Assembly: GCA_963792585.1 (NCBI GenBank) | Contig: CAWBWI010000001.1 | Location: 1,760,001 to 1,824,000 of the forward strand | Source of the DNA: Candidatus Eiseniibacteriota bacterium | GTDB taxonomy: Bacteria > Eisenbacteria > RBG-16-71-46 > CAIMUX01 > VGJL01 | Length of the DNA stretch: 64,000 bases | Reading direction: 5' to 3' | In this document: positions 20,558-31,220 of the stretch, in pieces | Numbering within the stretch: the first letter of the stretch is position 1 | Layout of the letters: every line of letters begins with the position of its first letter | The notes under the pieces: model-generated | The model's input: only the letters and a program-made list of their open reading frames with translations | Told to the model about the DNA's origin: nothing | The model's database searches: none | Program-made: the position numbers and the translations under genes

Positions 20558-21330
20558 TCGTCTCCTCCGTCGCCAGGACGCGGGAACGAGTGGAGGCGTC
20601 TCCACGCGCACGGTGATCCCGTTGCGACGTCGGATTCGATCCTCCCGTCCCGCAAGCGGACGATCCGCTTTGCGTGCGTGGCGATATACTGCTCGTGCGT
20701 GACGAGGATGATGGTCTGGCCCGACTCGTGGAGGCGGTCGAACATCTCCATGATCGCATCCCCGGTCTTGGTGTCGAGATTCCCCGTCGGCTCATCGGCC
20801 ACGATGATGGCGGGATTGGTCACGAGCGCCCGTGCGATGGCCACCCTTTGCCTCTGACCTCCCGAAAGCTCGTTCGGCCGGTGCCGCATCCGATCCGCCA
20901 GTCCGACCCTCTCCAGGGCCTCCTCAGCCCGCCGTCGTCTCTCCGCCTTCGCCACCCCTGCGTAGATCATTGGCAACTCGACGTTGGTCAGGATGTTTGC
21001 GCGCGGAAGCAGATTGAACGTCTGGAAGACGAAGCCGATTCGGCGATTGCGAATCTCCGCAAGCTCCGCCTGCGACATCTCGGCCACCATCTGCCCTTCG
21101 AGATGGTAGGTTCCCGACGTCGGCACATCCAGGCAGCCGATGATGTTCATGAGGGTCGATTTCCCGGAGCCCGACGGACCCATGATGGCGACGTACTCGT
21201 TGCGGGCGACGTCGAGGGAGATGCCGTCCAAGGCGAAGACGCGCTCGGCGCCCACGAGGTAGCACTTGACCACGTCCCGGAGCGCGAGGAGGACCGCGCC
21301 CCCTGTGCGATCAGAAGGCCCGCTCGCCAT
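20530..21330 (-). CDS. ABC transporter ATP-binding protein (LolD/MacB-type)
   Basis: Walker [10 protein letters not shown], signature LSGGQRQR, Walker [14 protein letters not shown]-loop VTHE. Confidence 0.92.
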   Translation of the reverse strand: MASGPSDRTGGAVLLALRDVVKCYLVGAERVFALDGISLDVARNEYVAIMGPSGSGKSTLMNIIGCLDVPTSGTYHLEGQMVAEMSQAELAEIRNRRIGFVFQTFNLLPRANILTNVELPMIYAGVAKAERRRRAEEALERVGLADRMRHRPNELSGGQRQRVAIARALVTNPAIIVADEPTGNLDTKTGDAIMEMFDRLHESGQTIILVTHEQYIATHAKRIVRLRDGRIESDVATGSPCAWRRLHSFPRPGDGGDECMSAPRVA

Positions 21331-22584
21331 TGGCCTCTTCCCGTCCCGGCGCCTTTCGCTCGTTGTTGATGGTCACCATTCCCCCGTTCTCCAGGTCGCG
21401 GGAAATGGCCCGATAGCTGCCGGAGACGACCTCTCCACCCTCCGCGAGGCCGTCGAGAATCTCGATGAACTCGTCGCTCTGGATGCCGGTCTTGACCTGG
21501 GTGGCGATCGCCTTGCCCTTCTCGACGCGAAAGACGATCTCGACGAACCCGTCCTCGTCCGCCTTGAAGTGCTTCTCTGCGTCCTCGCGCTTCTCCCCCT
21601 TCATCATGAGCTGGTCGAGGGTGCGGACCGCAACGCTCTGCAGCGGTACGCAAAGGGCGCTCTCGTTGGTCTTGGTGATGATCTCCGCACTCGCCGTCAT
21701 GCCGGGACGAAGGGCCGGGGGGGACTGGAAATCGCTATCTTGATCTCGAATTCCGTCTTCTGCTCCAGCGTGCCGGCGGCCCCGATGTTCGCGCTGTTGG
21801 AGATCTCGCTGACCAGACCGCGCAACTCGGTGCCGGGCATCGCATCGACCGCGATCTCGGCTTCCTGTCCGAGGGCGATGGTGACGATGTCATTCTCGTC
21901 GACATTGACCTGGGCTTCCATGGCCGAGAGATTGGCGATGACCATGATCACGTCCTTCTGGAACTGAGATCCGAGGGCAATCTCTCCTTGTTCTTTGTTC
22001 AGGGCGCTCACGGTACCCGACATCGGAGCATAGATGCTGGTCTTCGACAGGTCGGCCTGCGCCTGCTTCAGCGTGGCCTTGGCCTGCGCCACTTGGTCCT
22101 GGGCGGCCTTGTAGCGAGCGGCCTCGACCAGATAGGTGGACTCCTTCGCTTCGAAGTCTGACGGGGACTCCAGCCCGCTGGACTTGAGCTGCTGGGAGCG
22201 CTTGAATTCCTTCTCGGTTCGGTCCAAGTTCCAGCGGACCAACTCGGCGGACGCTTCTGCGGAGTGGACATTCGCTTCCGCGCTCTCGACCGCAGCGCTG
22301 TAGCGCTCACGGTCAAGCCCGACGAGGAAGGTCCCCTTCTCGACCCACTGCCCCTCGATCACGGGAAGCTGTGTGATCTTCGCGCTGACATCTGCGCTGA
22401 TCTCCACCTTGGTCTTTGGCTGGATCTTCCCGGTGGCGCTGACTTTCTGCACGATCTTGTTTCGATCGACTTTCGCCGACTGGACCTCAAGTGGCTTCGC
22501 GCCGCGTGTGCGGTAGACCACACCCGCCGCAACCCCGGCTACGACCACGATCGCAACGCCGATCAACATGTGCTTCCGCTTCAT
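21311..22584 (-). CDS. Efflux periplasmic adaptor subunit (MacA-like membrane fusion protein); frameshift at the G7 run 21717-21723
   Basis: N-terminal TM, lipoyl-like halves, coiled coil, [15 protein letters not shown]. Adding one base gives ...[16 protein letters not shown], joining the two track ORFs. Confidence 0.85.
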
Positions 22585-23439
22585 CTTCGAAGGTCTCCAA
22601 GTTTCCGGTCAGCCGCGCACTATCCAGGGACAGGGATCAGCTGGAATACGGAGCCGCGGTCGATTCGGTTGCGTGGGTCCATAGGCGGCTCCGCTTCCGG
22701 GCGACGCCGCCGCCCAGGAATCCGCGGCCGCCCAATCGAAACGAGCCCGGGGCGCTCGGGCCCCCGCTCGAGCCGGTTTGGCCGATCCCTTGTCGCTTCC
22801 ATGGACCCCATCCGGCAACATGATGGGAAAAGGCGCGCTTCCATCCTAATCACTGGAAGCCGAACGCTCGACTGTAATCCTCCATGACCGGGAGGACCAA
22901 ACGGAATCCCCCCTGTGGCTTCCACGGGCCAATCCCCATTGGTAGGGAGGCAGATACGTCTGCCCCAGGTGCCAGGTCGACCGGAATGGCGTGTCAGCGC
23001 CCGGTGGACCCGGTCCCTGGTGGCGGCGCGTAAGTGCCGTCCTTCCACCCCGGCGGAGGGCTGCTCGTCGATGCCCCGCCACATGCCAGGCTGCACACGG
23101 GAGCTCATCCACCGGCGGGGCCGTTGCCGTGTCAGGCGTCCCTTCCCTCGCTCACCTTGGAGCAATCCAAGGCCCGTCACCCGGACCGGACTCCAGCGGT
23201 TGGGTCCTCAGATCGCCTGTTGGACGGCGGCGGGGATCCGGTTGCCTCCACTCGGGATTATGGCAACGCTCTTCCACCATGTAGAATCGTTTCCCGGTTG
23301 GACGGCCCGAGGTCGCAATGGCGGTGGTTGCCGCCATTGCAGTTCCCACCGTAGTGGCGCCGAGATCCAACCAGTGCCGTGAACGCGGTGACGCGCGCTC
23401 ACGACCCGTCCAGCGTCCATGATTGGAGGTGGTTTATCG

Positions 23440-24264
23440 ATGAAGATCGGCGCGATCGCTCTCCTGTTCCTATCGATCGCGGTCAGCGCCTTTGCTGGGT
23501 CCGACCGGGTCCAGGCTCCTGGCCCCGTGGACCTACCCGGGGCGCGCGACGCATTCTACTGCCAGACGACATCCATTGACTGGAACGCCTTGAACGCGTC
23601 CAGCGGTTTCAGCAGCGAGTTGGTGGACGACATCCCCGATGCCTACGCAGGTTACTCAGTGAGTGACGTCACGTTCTACGTTGCGGAATGGAGCGGCGGC
23701 TGGACGCCATTTACCAGCATGACGGTCAACTTCTACACCGCGTCGTGCCCGCCGCACCAGACCGCGGACTTTTCATTCGAGGTGCCCTATTGGATGTGCA
23801 CGGTTGAGCAGGTCTACGCGGGCAACTGGTTCGTCTACAGCGTCCTCGTTCCTCTGCCTACAGTGATCACGATTGAAACGATGACGTCGATCGGTGGAGT
23901 CGTGAACCAAGACTGGGGCCAGAATCCCCCGTACTGCGGTCTCGTGATCTGCGACGCAGTTGCCGACTGCGGTGGCTACGTTGCTGGCGACTACTGGGGT
24001 TATCCTCGTTGGACCCCCCTCTCGTCCATTATGGGATACGACGTGGACGTCGCGTACTGCCTCAGCTATACAGGTATAGGCGGCGGCGGTACGTACGGTG
24101 CGTGCTGCTTCGCAGATGACCACTGCGAAATGCGGAGCGGGGAAGGCTGCGGGAGCGACGGTGGCCAGTTCCAGGGGGACGGCACATCCTGCGACCCGAA
24201 CCCCTGCCTCCCGAGCCCGGCGAAGAGCACGACCTGGGGTCAGATCAGGGGCACCTATCGGTAG
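23440..24264 (+). CDS. Secreted hypothetical protein with GACC Cys module and C-terminal TWG tail
   Basis: GGAGGT RBS, signal peptide MKIGAIALLFLSIAVSAFA, GACCFADDHC...CDPNPC, ends STTWGQIRGTYR. Confidence 0.8.
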   Translation: MKIGAIALLFLSIAVSAFAGSDRVQAPGPVDLPGARDAFYCQTTSIDWNALNASSGFSSELVDDIPDAYAGYSVSDVTFYVAEWSGGWTPFTSMTVNFYTASCPPHQTADFSFEVPYWMCTVEQVYAGNWFVYSVLVPLPTVITIETMTSIGGVVNQDWGQNPPYCGLVICDAVADCGGYVAGDYWGYPRWTPLSSIMGYDVDVAYCLSYTGIGGGGTYGACCFADDHCEMRSGEGCGSDGGQFQGDGTSCDPNPCLPSPAKSTTWGQIRGTYR

Positions 24265-24411
24265 AGGTAGGTCGCCGTGGAAGCCTGCAGTGGCGCTGCG
24301 GGCTTCGGGTGGCGCGAAGCGGATTCAGGTGGCGATGAAGCGCTCCCGTCTGTAGGACAGGGGCGCTTCTGTGTCTGCAAGTCGCGGTGCGGGGGACCGC
24401 AAAATCGTGGC

Positions 24412-24813
24412 TCAATACGGCAGCGTATTGCTGCCTCTTTCATCCTCAATCCGTACGATCTGGATCACAACATACTTGCTCATGCCCCGCCATGGCACGG
24501 CATTGAGGTACTCCTTGTAGCGCAACTCGACAAACTTGCCGCTGGCGGTTTCGAGCCTCTTGGCGACACTGTCAGAGGCAACGCTGAACTCGAACTCATT
24601 GCTCTGCATCGAGCCGGGCGCCGGGGTTCGGAAACCGGTTTGAATCAAGCGGCCTTCCCAAGTCTTGAATACATAGCCTTTCTTGACCAGGTAGTTCAGA
24701 TCACCCGCCTTCACGCCCTCTCCGAAGACGAAGTAATACCGCCACCAAAGGAGCGCGCCGAGCGCCACAACGACAAGCAGCGTCCCACATCCGATGAGTC
24801 TCCCGACCTTCAT
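24412..24813 (-). CDS. Conserved membrane-anchored hypothetical protein
   Basis: N-terminal TM then 'EGVKAGDL...KKGYVFKTWEG...FEFSV', a pattern I recall from a conserved small-protein family of unknown function. Confidence 0.7.
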   Translation of the reverse strand: MKVGRLIGCGTLLVVVALGALLWWRYYFVFGEGVKAGDLNYLVKKGYVFKTWEGRLIQTGFRTPAPGSMQSNEFEFSVASDSVAKRLETASGKFVELRYKEYLNAVPWRGMSKYVVIQIVRIEDERGSNTLPY

Positions 24814-25241
24814 TTGCTATCTTCCCCCCAATACGATCGTGAGCCGGCAAGACGTATGGTATCCACGACCTACATTCGAACGCACGTCATCGATAGCCGG
24901 CGTCGCCGCCTTGCCCTGGATCGTCCGCCGCAAACGATACTCTGTTGAACGCACGGAGACCAGAAGCCATGCGGCCGGGAAGCGGCCTGCGATTCGTTCC
25001 CGTTCCGGACCGATGACTCCGCGACTCAACAATGGAATAGCACAGATCCATTGGCTCTTGCTTGAACCGATCACAGCCCGCGCTTGGCATCGCGCCGCGA
25101 AGGCCAATCTTGGCCGGCACAGCCCCGCCGGCAGTTAGCTTGAAAAGGTTCGCTCCGGGCTCCGGAACGACTACCGGCCGCAGGCACGATTCGGCGATTG
25201 CTGCGATCGATTCAGCGTGGAAGAGGGACGCGGAAGGGCGC

Positions 25242-26717
25242 CTACGAGACAACCTCCAGGTTCGGCTCCTGGTGCGCGCGCGCGGCCGGCATGCTCGCGG
25301 CCGACTCCTGCTCGTACAGGGACTCCCCGTTCCAGCAGTAGGTACAGAGCTTCTCGCGAGGCAGACCGATCGCGGCCACCATGTCCTCCAGAGTCTGGTA
25401 TCGCAAGGTCGTGAGCCCGAGGCGCTCGCGGATTCTCTCGACCATCACCCGACACTTCGAAGTGGAGGGGTCAGCGTACTCGGCCAAGGCACTCGTCGAC
25501 TCACCCTCGATTTCGCTGATCGCTCTGCGGCCGGCCAGATCAAGTTCAGACCGGGATCGCGAGAAGTTCAGGAACTTGCAGGAGTGGACCAGTGGCGGGC
25601 ATGCGGGTCGCATGTGGATCTCTCGGGCACCCGTGTCATAGAGCCGCTGGATGACGTCCTTGAGTTGGGTCCCCCGCACGATGGAGTCTTCGCAGAATAG
25701 GAGCCGCTTGCCGGCGATCTGCTCCCGGATCGGGATGAGCTTCATCTGCGCCACGAGGTCGCGCACGCGCTGTTCCTGCGGCATGAAGCTGCGCGACCAT
25801 GTCGGTGTGTACTTGACGAAGGGACGCCGGTACGCAACGCCTGCCTCCGCCGCGTATCCGATGGCGTGCCCCACACCGGAGTCGGGAACCCCCGCCACGA
25901 TGTCGACCTCCACGTCGTCGGCACGAGCGAGTGCCGCGCCGCAGCGGTAGCGGGCCTCCTCCACGTTGACTCCCTCGTAGCTCGAGGCCGGGAATCCGTA
26001 GTAGATCCACAGGAAGGAACAGATCTGCATCCGCTCTCCCGGTGGCGAGAGTTGCTCCACGCCCTCGGCGGTGAACCGGACGATCTCACCCGGCCCGAGG
26101 TCACGGTCGACCGCATAGCCAAGGTTCGGGAAGGCGCAGGTCTCGAAAGTGGCCGCGATGGCCCCGTCCTTGCGCCCGAGCACCAACGGCGTGCGGCCGA
26201 GTCGGTCCCGCGAAGCATAGATCCCATGGTCGGTGAGCAACATGACCGAGCAGGAGCCCTGGACTCTCTCGTGAACGTAGCGCAATCCATCCACCAGGTT
26301 GCCCTGCTGATTGATCAGGCCGGCGATCACCTCGGTCTGATTGAACTCGTTGCCCTTCATTTCGCTGAAGTGGACGGCCTGACCGCGCAGGAGTTCCTCT
26401 GCGAGCTTGCGCAGGTTGTCGACCCTCCCCACGGTGACGACGGCGTACTGGCCATGACGGGAGCCGATGAGCATCGGCTGGTCCTCGTAATCGCTGATCA
26501 CCCCGAGTCCCATGTTGCCGACGTGTTTGTAGAGATCGGGTTCGAACTTCGTGCGGAACGGAGCGTCGGTGATGTCGTGGATGTTCCGCTTGAAGCCTTG
26601 CTTGCCGTACACGACCATCCCGCCGCGGGATGTGCCCAGGTGAGAGTGGTAGTCGGTACCGTAGAAGAGATCCGCGATACAGTCCTGCCTGCTGGCCACG
26701 CCGAAGTAACCGCCCAA
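25242..26717 (-). CDS. purF: Amidophosphoribosyltransferase (variant without N-terminal Cys)
   Basis: RDRLGRTPL, VPDSG, PRPP motif EDSIVRGTQ, Fe-S-type Cys residues (CSF, PACPP..C, CTYCW). Probable TTG start giving MGGYFG. Confidence 0.85.
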   Translation of the reverse strand: MGGYFGVASRQDCIADLFYGTDYHSHLGTSRGGMVVYGKQGFKRNIHDITDAPFRTKFEPDLYKHVGNMGLGVISDYEDQPMLIGSRHGQYAVVTVGRVDNLRKLAEELLRGQAVHFSEMKGNEFNQTEVIAGLINQQGNLVDGLRYVHERVQGSCSVMLLTDHGIYASRDRLGRTPLVLGRKDGAIAATFETCAFPNLGYAVDRDLGPGEIVRFTAEGVEQLSPPGERMQICSFLWIYYGFPASSYEGVNVEEARYRCGAALARADDVEVDIVAGVPDSGVGHAIGYAAEAGVAYRRPFVKYTPTWSRSFMPQEQRVRDLVAQMKLIPIREQIAGKRLLFCEDSIVRGTQLKDVIQRLYDTGAREIHMRPACPPLVHSCKFLNFSRSRSELDLAGRRAISEIEGESTSALAEYADPSTSKCRVMVERIRERLGLTTLRYQTLEDMVAAIGLPREKLCTYCWNGESLYEQESAASMPAARAHQEPNLEVVS

Positions 26718-26949
26718 GCTGCTGCCCCCTTCACTCCGATGCAAGCCGGAGATCGTCCGCCATGAGAGCCGTCTGGTGGAGATCGAGGAGGCCAGACTAT
26801 GGCCGCCGACCGGCGGCGTCAATCTCGATCCTCGAGTGTCTGTCGATCCCGTGTCCAGCATGCGACAACGGGACGGCGAGCCGCCCGGCCGTCCCGTTGC
26901 ACACGACCTTCAGCACAGGGGTGTGTTCGTCAGTGTCGAGTCGGGCGCC

Positions 26950-28713
26950 TCACCGGATGAGGACCGCCTTGCCCGACGACGTCACCCTCCCGCTCGACAC
27001 GAAGCGATACACATAGACTCCCGCGGGCGCCCCCCGTCCTTCCGCGTCGCGTCCATCCCAGCGCCAGACCACACGCTGGGCTGGTTGTGCCTCGATCTCG
27101 ACCTCCCGCACAACCCTGCCGTCGGGCGCAGCGATGATGATCGCGCCCGCAGACCACGCCGCCGAAACAAACTCGATCTCGGTCGAGCCGCGGAAGGGAT
27201 TCGGGAAGACACGCGACGTCGCGAGTGGCAGGTCAATGTCCGACACTGCGGCCGGATCGACGCCTAGGGTTCCATCGGGATTGAGGTTCTGCGCATAGAC
27301 GTCCGGACTTCCGTTGCGGGTGTCCTCCCAGATGATCCGGATCTCGCCGGTTTCATCCTGGAAGAACGGCAGGCGTGACTTCCCGCTCTGGCTCGTCGCG
27401 ACGAGGACGGGTGTCGTCGACCAGACGTTCGCCCCGGACGCGTCCAGGCGATAGGCGACCATGCGATCGCCGACGAATCCCGCCGGCGTGTCGGTGAAGA
27501 TACAGACCGCTCCAGTCCCCAGCGACGCCGCTCGAGGATACGACTTGTAGATCGTGTTCACCGGCTGGAGGACGATCCCGGAGTTTCCCCACAGCCGCGC
27601 CCCTGCTGCGGAGAACCGCTGGCCGTAGATTCCCCACTGAGTCTGAAAGGAGTTGCGTTCGTTCCAGAAGACGAAGATCTCGCCGGTGGCCGGATTGAAG
27701 GCGGTCGCGGGATCGATGTGATGCCGGGTCGCGTCCGTCGACACGAGCACGCCGTTGTGGGGGAACATCTCCACGCCGTTCGCACCAACCCTCTGAACGT
27801 AGGAGCTGAACAGGTCCATGGGAGCGCTGTGCCATCCGCAAACGGCGCCGCCGGCGCCGTCCGTCTGGATCTCGGGCGCGTAGCCCAGGGGAACGGCCGC
27901 CCCGTCGTAGATCGCAGTGAAGTTCAGCCATACGGGGATTCCGGCCGGGGTGAATCGTTGCAAGCGAATGTGCCGCGGCGACATGTACGAGCTGATGTCG
28001 CGCACCCACATCAACAAGACATCCCCGTTGAGCGATGGAACCAGATCGGGAAACGCGGGATCTTCGTTGACCACGGACACGACGGGCTTGCCGCCCACCT
28101 GGTACCGGAGCGCCCCGTCCGGAGCCACCCGTTGCATCATCATCGCGGCCGCGCCAGCGTCCGGGTAGCGGGCCCACGCGAAGACATAGTCACCGTCGGA
28201 GACCTGGCAGACCGCGGGCGTGGGCTCCCAGGCGGCGTTCTGGGAGATGTTGAGGCCGTCCGGTCCCCACGCAGACAGACCCGCGGGGGTGATCTTGTAG
28301 GCCTGAACATCGAGGTTCCCGGTGCGGATGTCGGCGAAGGTGAGAACGCAGTTACCCGCGACGTCGCAGATCAGATCCCAGTCCGTAAGCCACGTCTCCT
28401 GCGCGTGATTGCTCACAAGGATCCCGTTGTGAGCCCACTGCTCCGTTCCATCCGCAGCGAGTCGCTGCAGGCGCACGTTGTAACTCCCTGTGCTGTTGTC
28501 AAACCATCCGACATAGCAGCCACCGTCCGGCAACCCGGCGATCTTGGGGACGACATCCTCTCCGGCGCCATCGACCACCGCCAGGTTGGCCGCGGGATCC
28601 TCGGACCAGATCGCTGCTGCGGGCGCGGGCAGCAAGGCGAGTGCGACGACGATCGATGCCAGCACGGTCGCACGAAGGGTACGGATGTCGCGTGGACATG
28701 ATGGGGCTTTCAT
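26950..28713 (-). CDS. Secreted beta-rich repeat protein with FlgD-Ig C-terminal domain
   Basis: Signal peptide; repeated 'xQRxxxxGxxxWxxxG' units; C-terminal FPNPF...DGRVVR...WDG...GVY. Confidence 0.8.
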   Translation of the reverse strand: MKAPSCPRDIRTLRATVLASIVVALALLPAPAAAIWSEDPAANLAVVDGAGEDVVPKIAGLPDGGCYVGWFDNSTGSYNVRLQRLAADGTEQWAHNGILVSNHAQETWLTDWDLICDVAGNCVLTFADIRTGNLDVQAYKITPAGLSAWGPDGLNISQNAAWEPTPAVCQVSDGDYVFAWARYPDAGAAAMMMQRVAPDGALRYQVGGKPVVSVVNEDPAFPDLVPSLNGDVLLMWVRDISSYMSPRHIRLQRFTPAGIPVWLNFTAIYDGAAVPLGYAPEIQTDGAGGAVCGWHSAPMDLFSSYVQRVGANGVEMFPHNGVLVSTDATRHHIDPATAFNPATGEIFVFWNERNSFQTQWGIYGQRFSAAGARLWGNSGIVLQPVNTIYKSYPRAASLGTGAVCIFTDTPAGFVGDRMVAYRLDASGANVWSTTPVLVATSQSGKSRLPFFQDETGEIRIIWEDTRNGSPDVYAQNLNPDGTLGVDPAAVSDIDLPLATSRVFPNPFRGSTEIEFVSAAWSAGAIIIAAPDGRVVREVEIEAQPAQRVVWRWDGRDAEGRGAPAGVYVYRFVSSGRVTSSGKAVLIR

Positions 28714-28900
28714 TGCGGCTCTCCCTCTGAAGGAACTCCTGAGTGACCCCCTCTCCGATGATCTGAAGGGGTCCAAAGACGCAGCGATTGTAGCAGTTCT
28801 GAGGGTCTTCCCTCTCGTGAATTCCACCCGCTGAATTCCGCCCCGCCGGCGGACGACCGCCGGGCCATCCATCGCTGGCCCCCGCCCGGAACGCGTACGC

Positions 28901-29704
28901 TCAGAACCCAGCCGCTAGCTGCACCTGGAAGCTCGTCAGCGCACCCACGTACGCCTCGGCGCCGAGTGCAACGTGCCAGTACCGGACCTCGACGCCACCC
29001 AGCGCGTGGGGGACGACACGCGCCTCACTCTGCAAATCGACGACCTCTGAGGTCTCGCGCACCAGCACCAGATCGCCACCGAGGCCCAGGTAGGGCGTGA
29101 ACACGCCCCGGAACGTGCGACCCGCCGCGACGTCGGCGCTCACGGCGTGCATATCCATGTCCTCCACGTAGAGCGTCTTGGTGTATGCGCCGCGAAGCGC
29201 GAGGGCGATCGGCATCGCCTCGCTCTGATGGAGCAGTCCGAACCTCGCCTCCAACCCGAGCCAACCGTAGTTCGCCTTTGGGTTCTTCGTGTAGAAGGCG
29301 CCCACGTCGATGGCATCGGTGACTCCCGCGCGTAGCCTTAGCTTTGGAAAGGCCTGCCTCGATCCGAGTTCGTGGTAGGCATCGGGATGCGCGAAGGTGT
29401 CGTTCCAGGCGTCGGACTTGTCCTCCACTGTGAAGGACATGTACTCGACTCCGAACACGACGCCCCGCTGTCCCAGGGTTGTCGGCGGAGCCATCATCCT
29501 GAACGCCGAGACAGAGCCGAACTCGCGCGCGAAGCGGCGGAACGCGGCCTGGGTGAGTCCGGGTGCGAACTGCACCGAGCAGTCATCGAGCGAGGCATCG
29601 ACGTGGAGATTGGGATCGGGCGGATGCCCATTCGGACCGTGGGCAAGAGCCGCCGTCGGCGCCAGCCACATCAAGGCAACCAGGATCATACGCGCACGCG
29701 CCAT
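28901..29704 (-). CDS. Probable outer-membrane beta-barrel protein
   Basis: Signal peptide, alternating amphipathic strands, 'FTPYLGLG', C-terminal Phe. Confidence 0.6.
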   Translation of the reverse strand: MARARMILVALMWLAPTAALAHGPNGHPPDPNLHVDASLDDCSVQFAPGLTQAAFRRFAREFGSVSAFRMMAPPTTLGQRGVVFGVEYMSFTVEDKSDAWNDTFAHPDAYHELGSRQAFPKLRLRAGVTDAIDVGAFYTKNPKANYGWLGLEARFGLLHQSEAMPIALALRGAYTKTLYVEDMDMHAVSADVAAGRTFRGVFTPYLGLGGDLVLVRETSEVVDLQSEARVVPHALGGVEVRYWHVALGAEAYVGALTSFQVQLAAGF

Positions 29705-30093
29705 CACTTCTTCCCTCCCTTCCGCCTGCGGCGGTCACTCAGGAAGCCCAGACCCATGGAACCAGCGGGTCGAGGCCACCGAGGCCCGGCTCTGTGGTCC
29801 GCGCGCCACAGCCGGCGCATTGGGCGTAGCTTCGGCCGCATGTGGACGCCGCCGGAAGTTGCGGTCGACTCCAAGGGCCCCCCGTTCGGATTCGAACGAG
29901 CGAGGTTATCACCCTACGCATAGGCAGTCAATCACGGATCGCGGTCGCGTGACGCACCCGTTCCAGTGTCAGGGAAGCGGCGGGACTATCTCCTGCCCCA
30001 CCTACAAATCCCATCCGGGTTGACGCGATTGCGGCCGCGCCGCCTCGGCAGAATGGCCGTTCAGTCGGCACGGGGAACTATCGAGCGACCCGT

Positions 30094-31089
30094 CTACCGG
30101 AACATGAACTTGATCGCGCCCCAGGAGTTGCTCCGAGTAGGAACAGAACCGCAGTACCAGCGGACGCCGACCGAGTCGGGGCTAGGCGTGCAACGATTGC
30201 CCGGCCCTGACCACGAGGCGTTCGTGTATTGCCCGTCGGAACCATCGATGCTGAAGCGGGTGTTGCAGGCGCTCTCTGTGGCGTGGGCACAGCGTCGCTC
30301 ATTCTCGTCAATGGCGAGCGAATAGCAGCACGCGGCGCAAACGATCGCCCCGCACACCGTGTTGTCCCCCGCATAGATGCCCTCATAGACACCGTAGGCA
30401 TCTTCGCAAGTCTCCTGGTTGACTTCCTGAACGCAGCCGCCCCAACTCGTGCAGCAGGCTCCGGTGGGGAGCGGGATGAAGACGGGGCAGATGTTGCTGC
30501 CCTCGACACCCCACCGGACAACTCCGAAGTCGGTGATCAAGTCCTCACGAGGAGGGCTTCCATTGTCGACGAAGACCGCGCGGCCGTCCCCGGGGTAGAC
30601 CGTGGTACCGAACTCGTTCGACTGCCCGTCCTTCCCGAGTACGGCGAACCAGTAGAAGGGCCAGATGTGGTCGGTCCGCGCCTCCAGGTATCCCACGAGG
30701 TTCCCTCGCCCGACATCCGGAAAGCCATCCTCCGGAAGCTCCAAGGAGACACCCGGGCCACACGCCGCACTCGCAACTACAAGACCCTGTCCGGCCGGGA
30801 GATTGGTCTCGATTCCGAACTGGACCGCCATCACCTCGGGTGAGGTCGTTGGGTCGAACGCGGCAAGAAACCAGATGATGGCTTCATCGGTCTCAGGGGC
30901 TTTGTGAGTGGTCGTCACGAGTTCTTCGCACGTCATCGGAAGCGCGTTCGCGCAATAGTCGGTCGAGGTGTAGTAGACCGCGCTGTCGTCCGTGTGGACC
31001 AGCATCGCTCCATCTCTGTTCCTGCCGGCGAGTGCGGGGGCGCTACAGACGGCACACATTGCCAGGGCCACAGGCAATAGCGGTTTCAT
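30094..31089 (-). CDS. Secreted Cys-rich protein: 'AGRNxxGAMxVHT' domain, GACC modules, SWG tail
   Basis: Signal peptide; N-domain clearly similar to that of 13505..17257; ends SNSWGAIKFMFR. Confidence 0.8.
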   Translation of the reverse strand: MKPLLPVALAMCAVCSAPALAGRNRDGAMLVHTDDSAVYYTSTDYCANALPMTCEELVTTTHKAPETDEAIIWFLAAFDPTTSPEVMAVQFGIETNLPAGQGLVVASAACGPGVSLELPEDGFPDVGRGNLVGYLEARTDHIWPFYWFAVLGKDGQSNEFGTTVYPGDGRAVFVDNGSPPREDLITDFGVVRWGVEGSNICPVFIPLPTGACCTSWGGCVQEVNQETCEDAYGVYEGIYAGDNTVCGAIVCAACCYSLAIDENERRCAHATESACNTRFSIDGSDGQYTNASWSGPGNRCTPSPDSVGVRWYCGSVPTRSNSWGAIKFMFR

Positions 31090-31220
31090 CGGGGAGGTCC
31101 CCCTTCTTCGCCGTCAATGATAGACCGTCCGGTCCGGCTTTCGATGGGTGACTTGCGTGGCGTTGGTCCTCAAGGGACGTTGTCCTGCGCCAAGCACCGG
31201 TCTCGACGGCGTCGTCGCCG

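Noticed and set aside
22600..23420. ORFs or ncRNA in the divergent intergenic region
   Set aside because: The ORFs have low-complexity shadow-like composition and I recognised no RNA family consensus.
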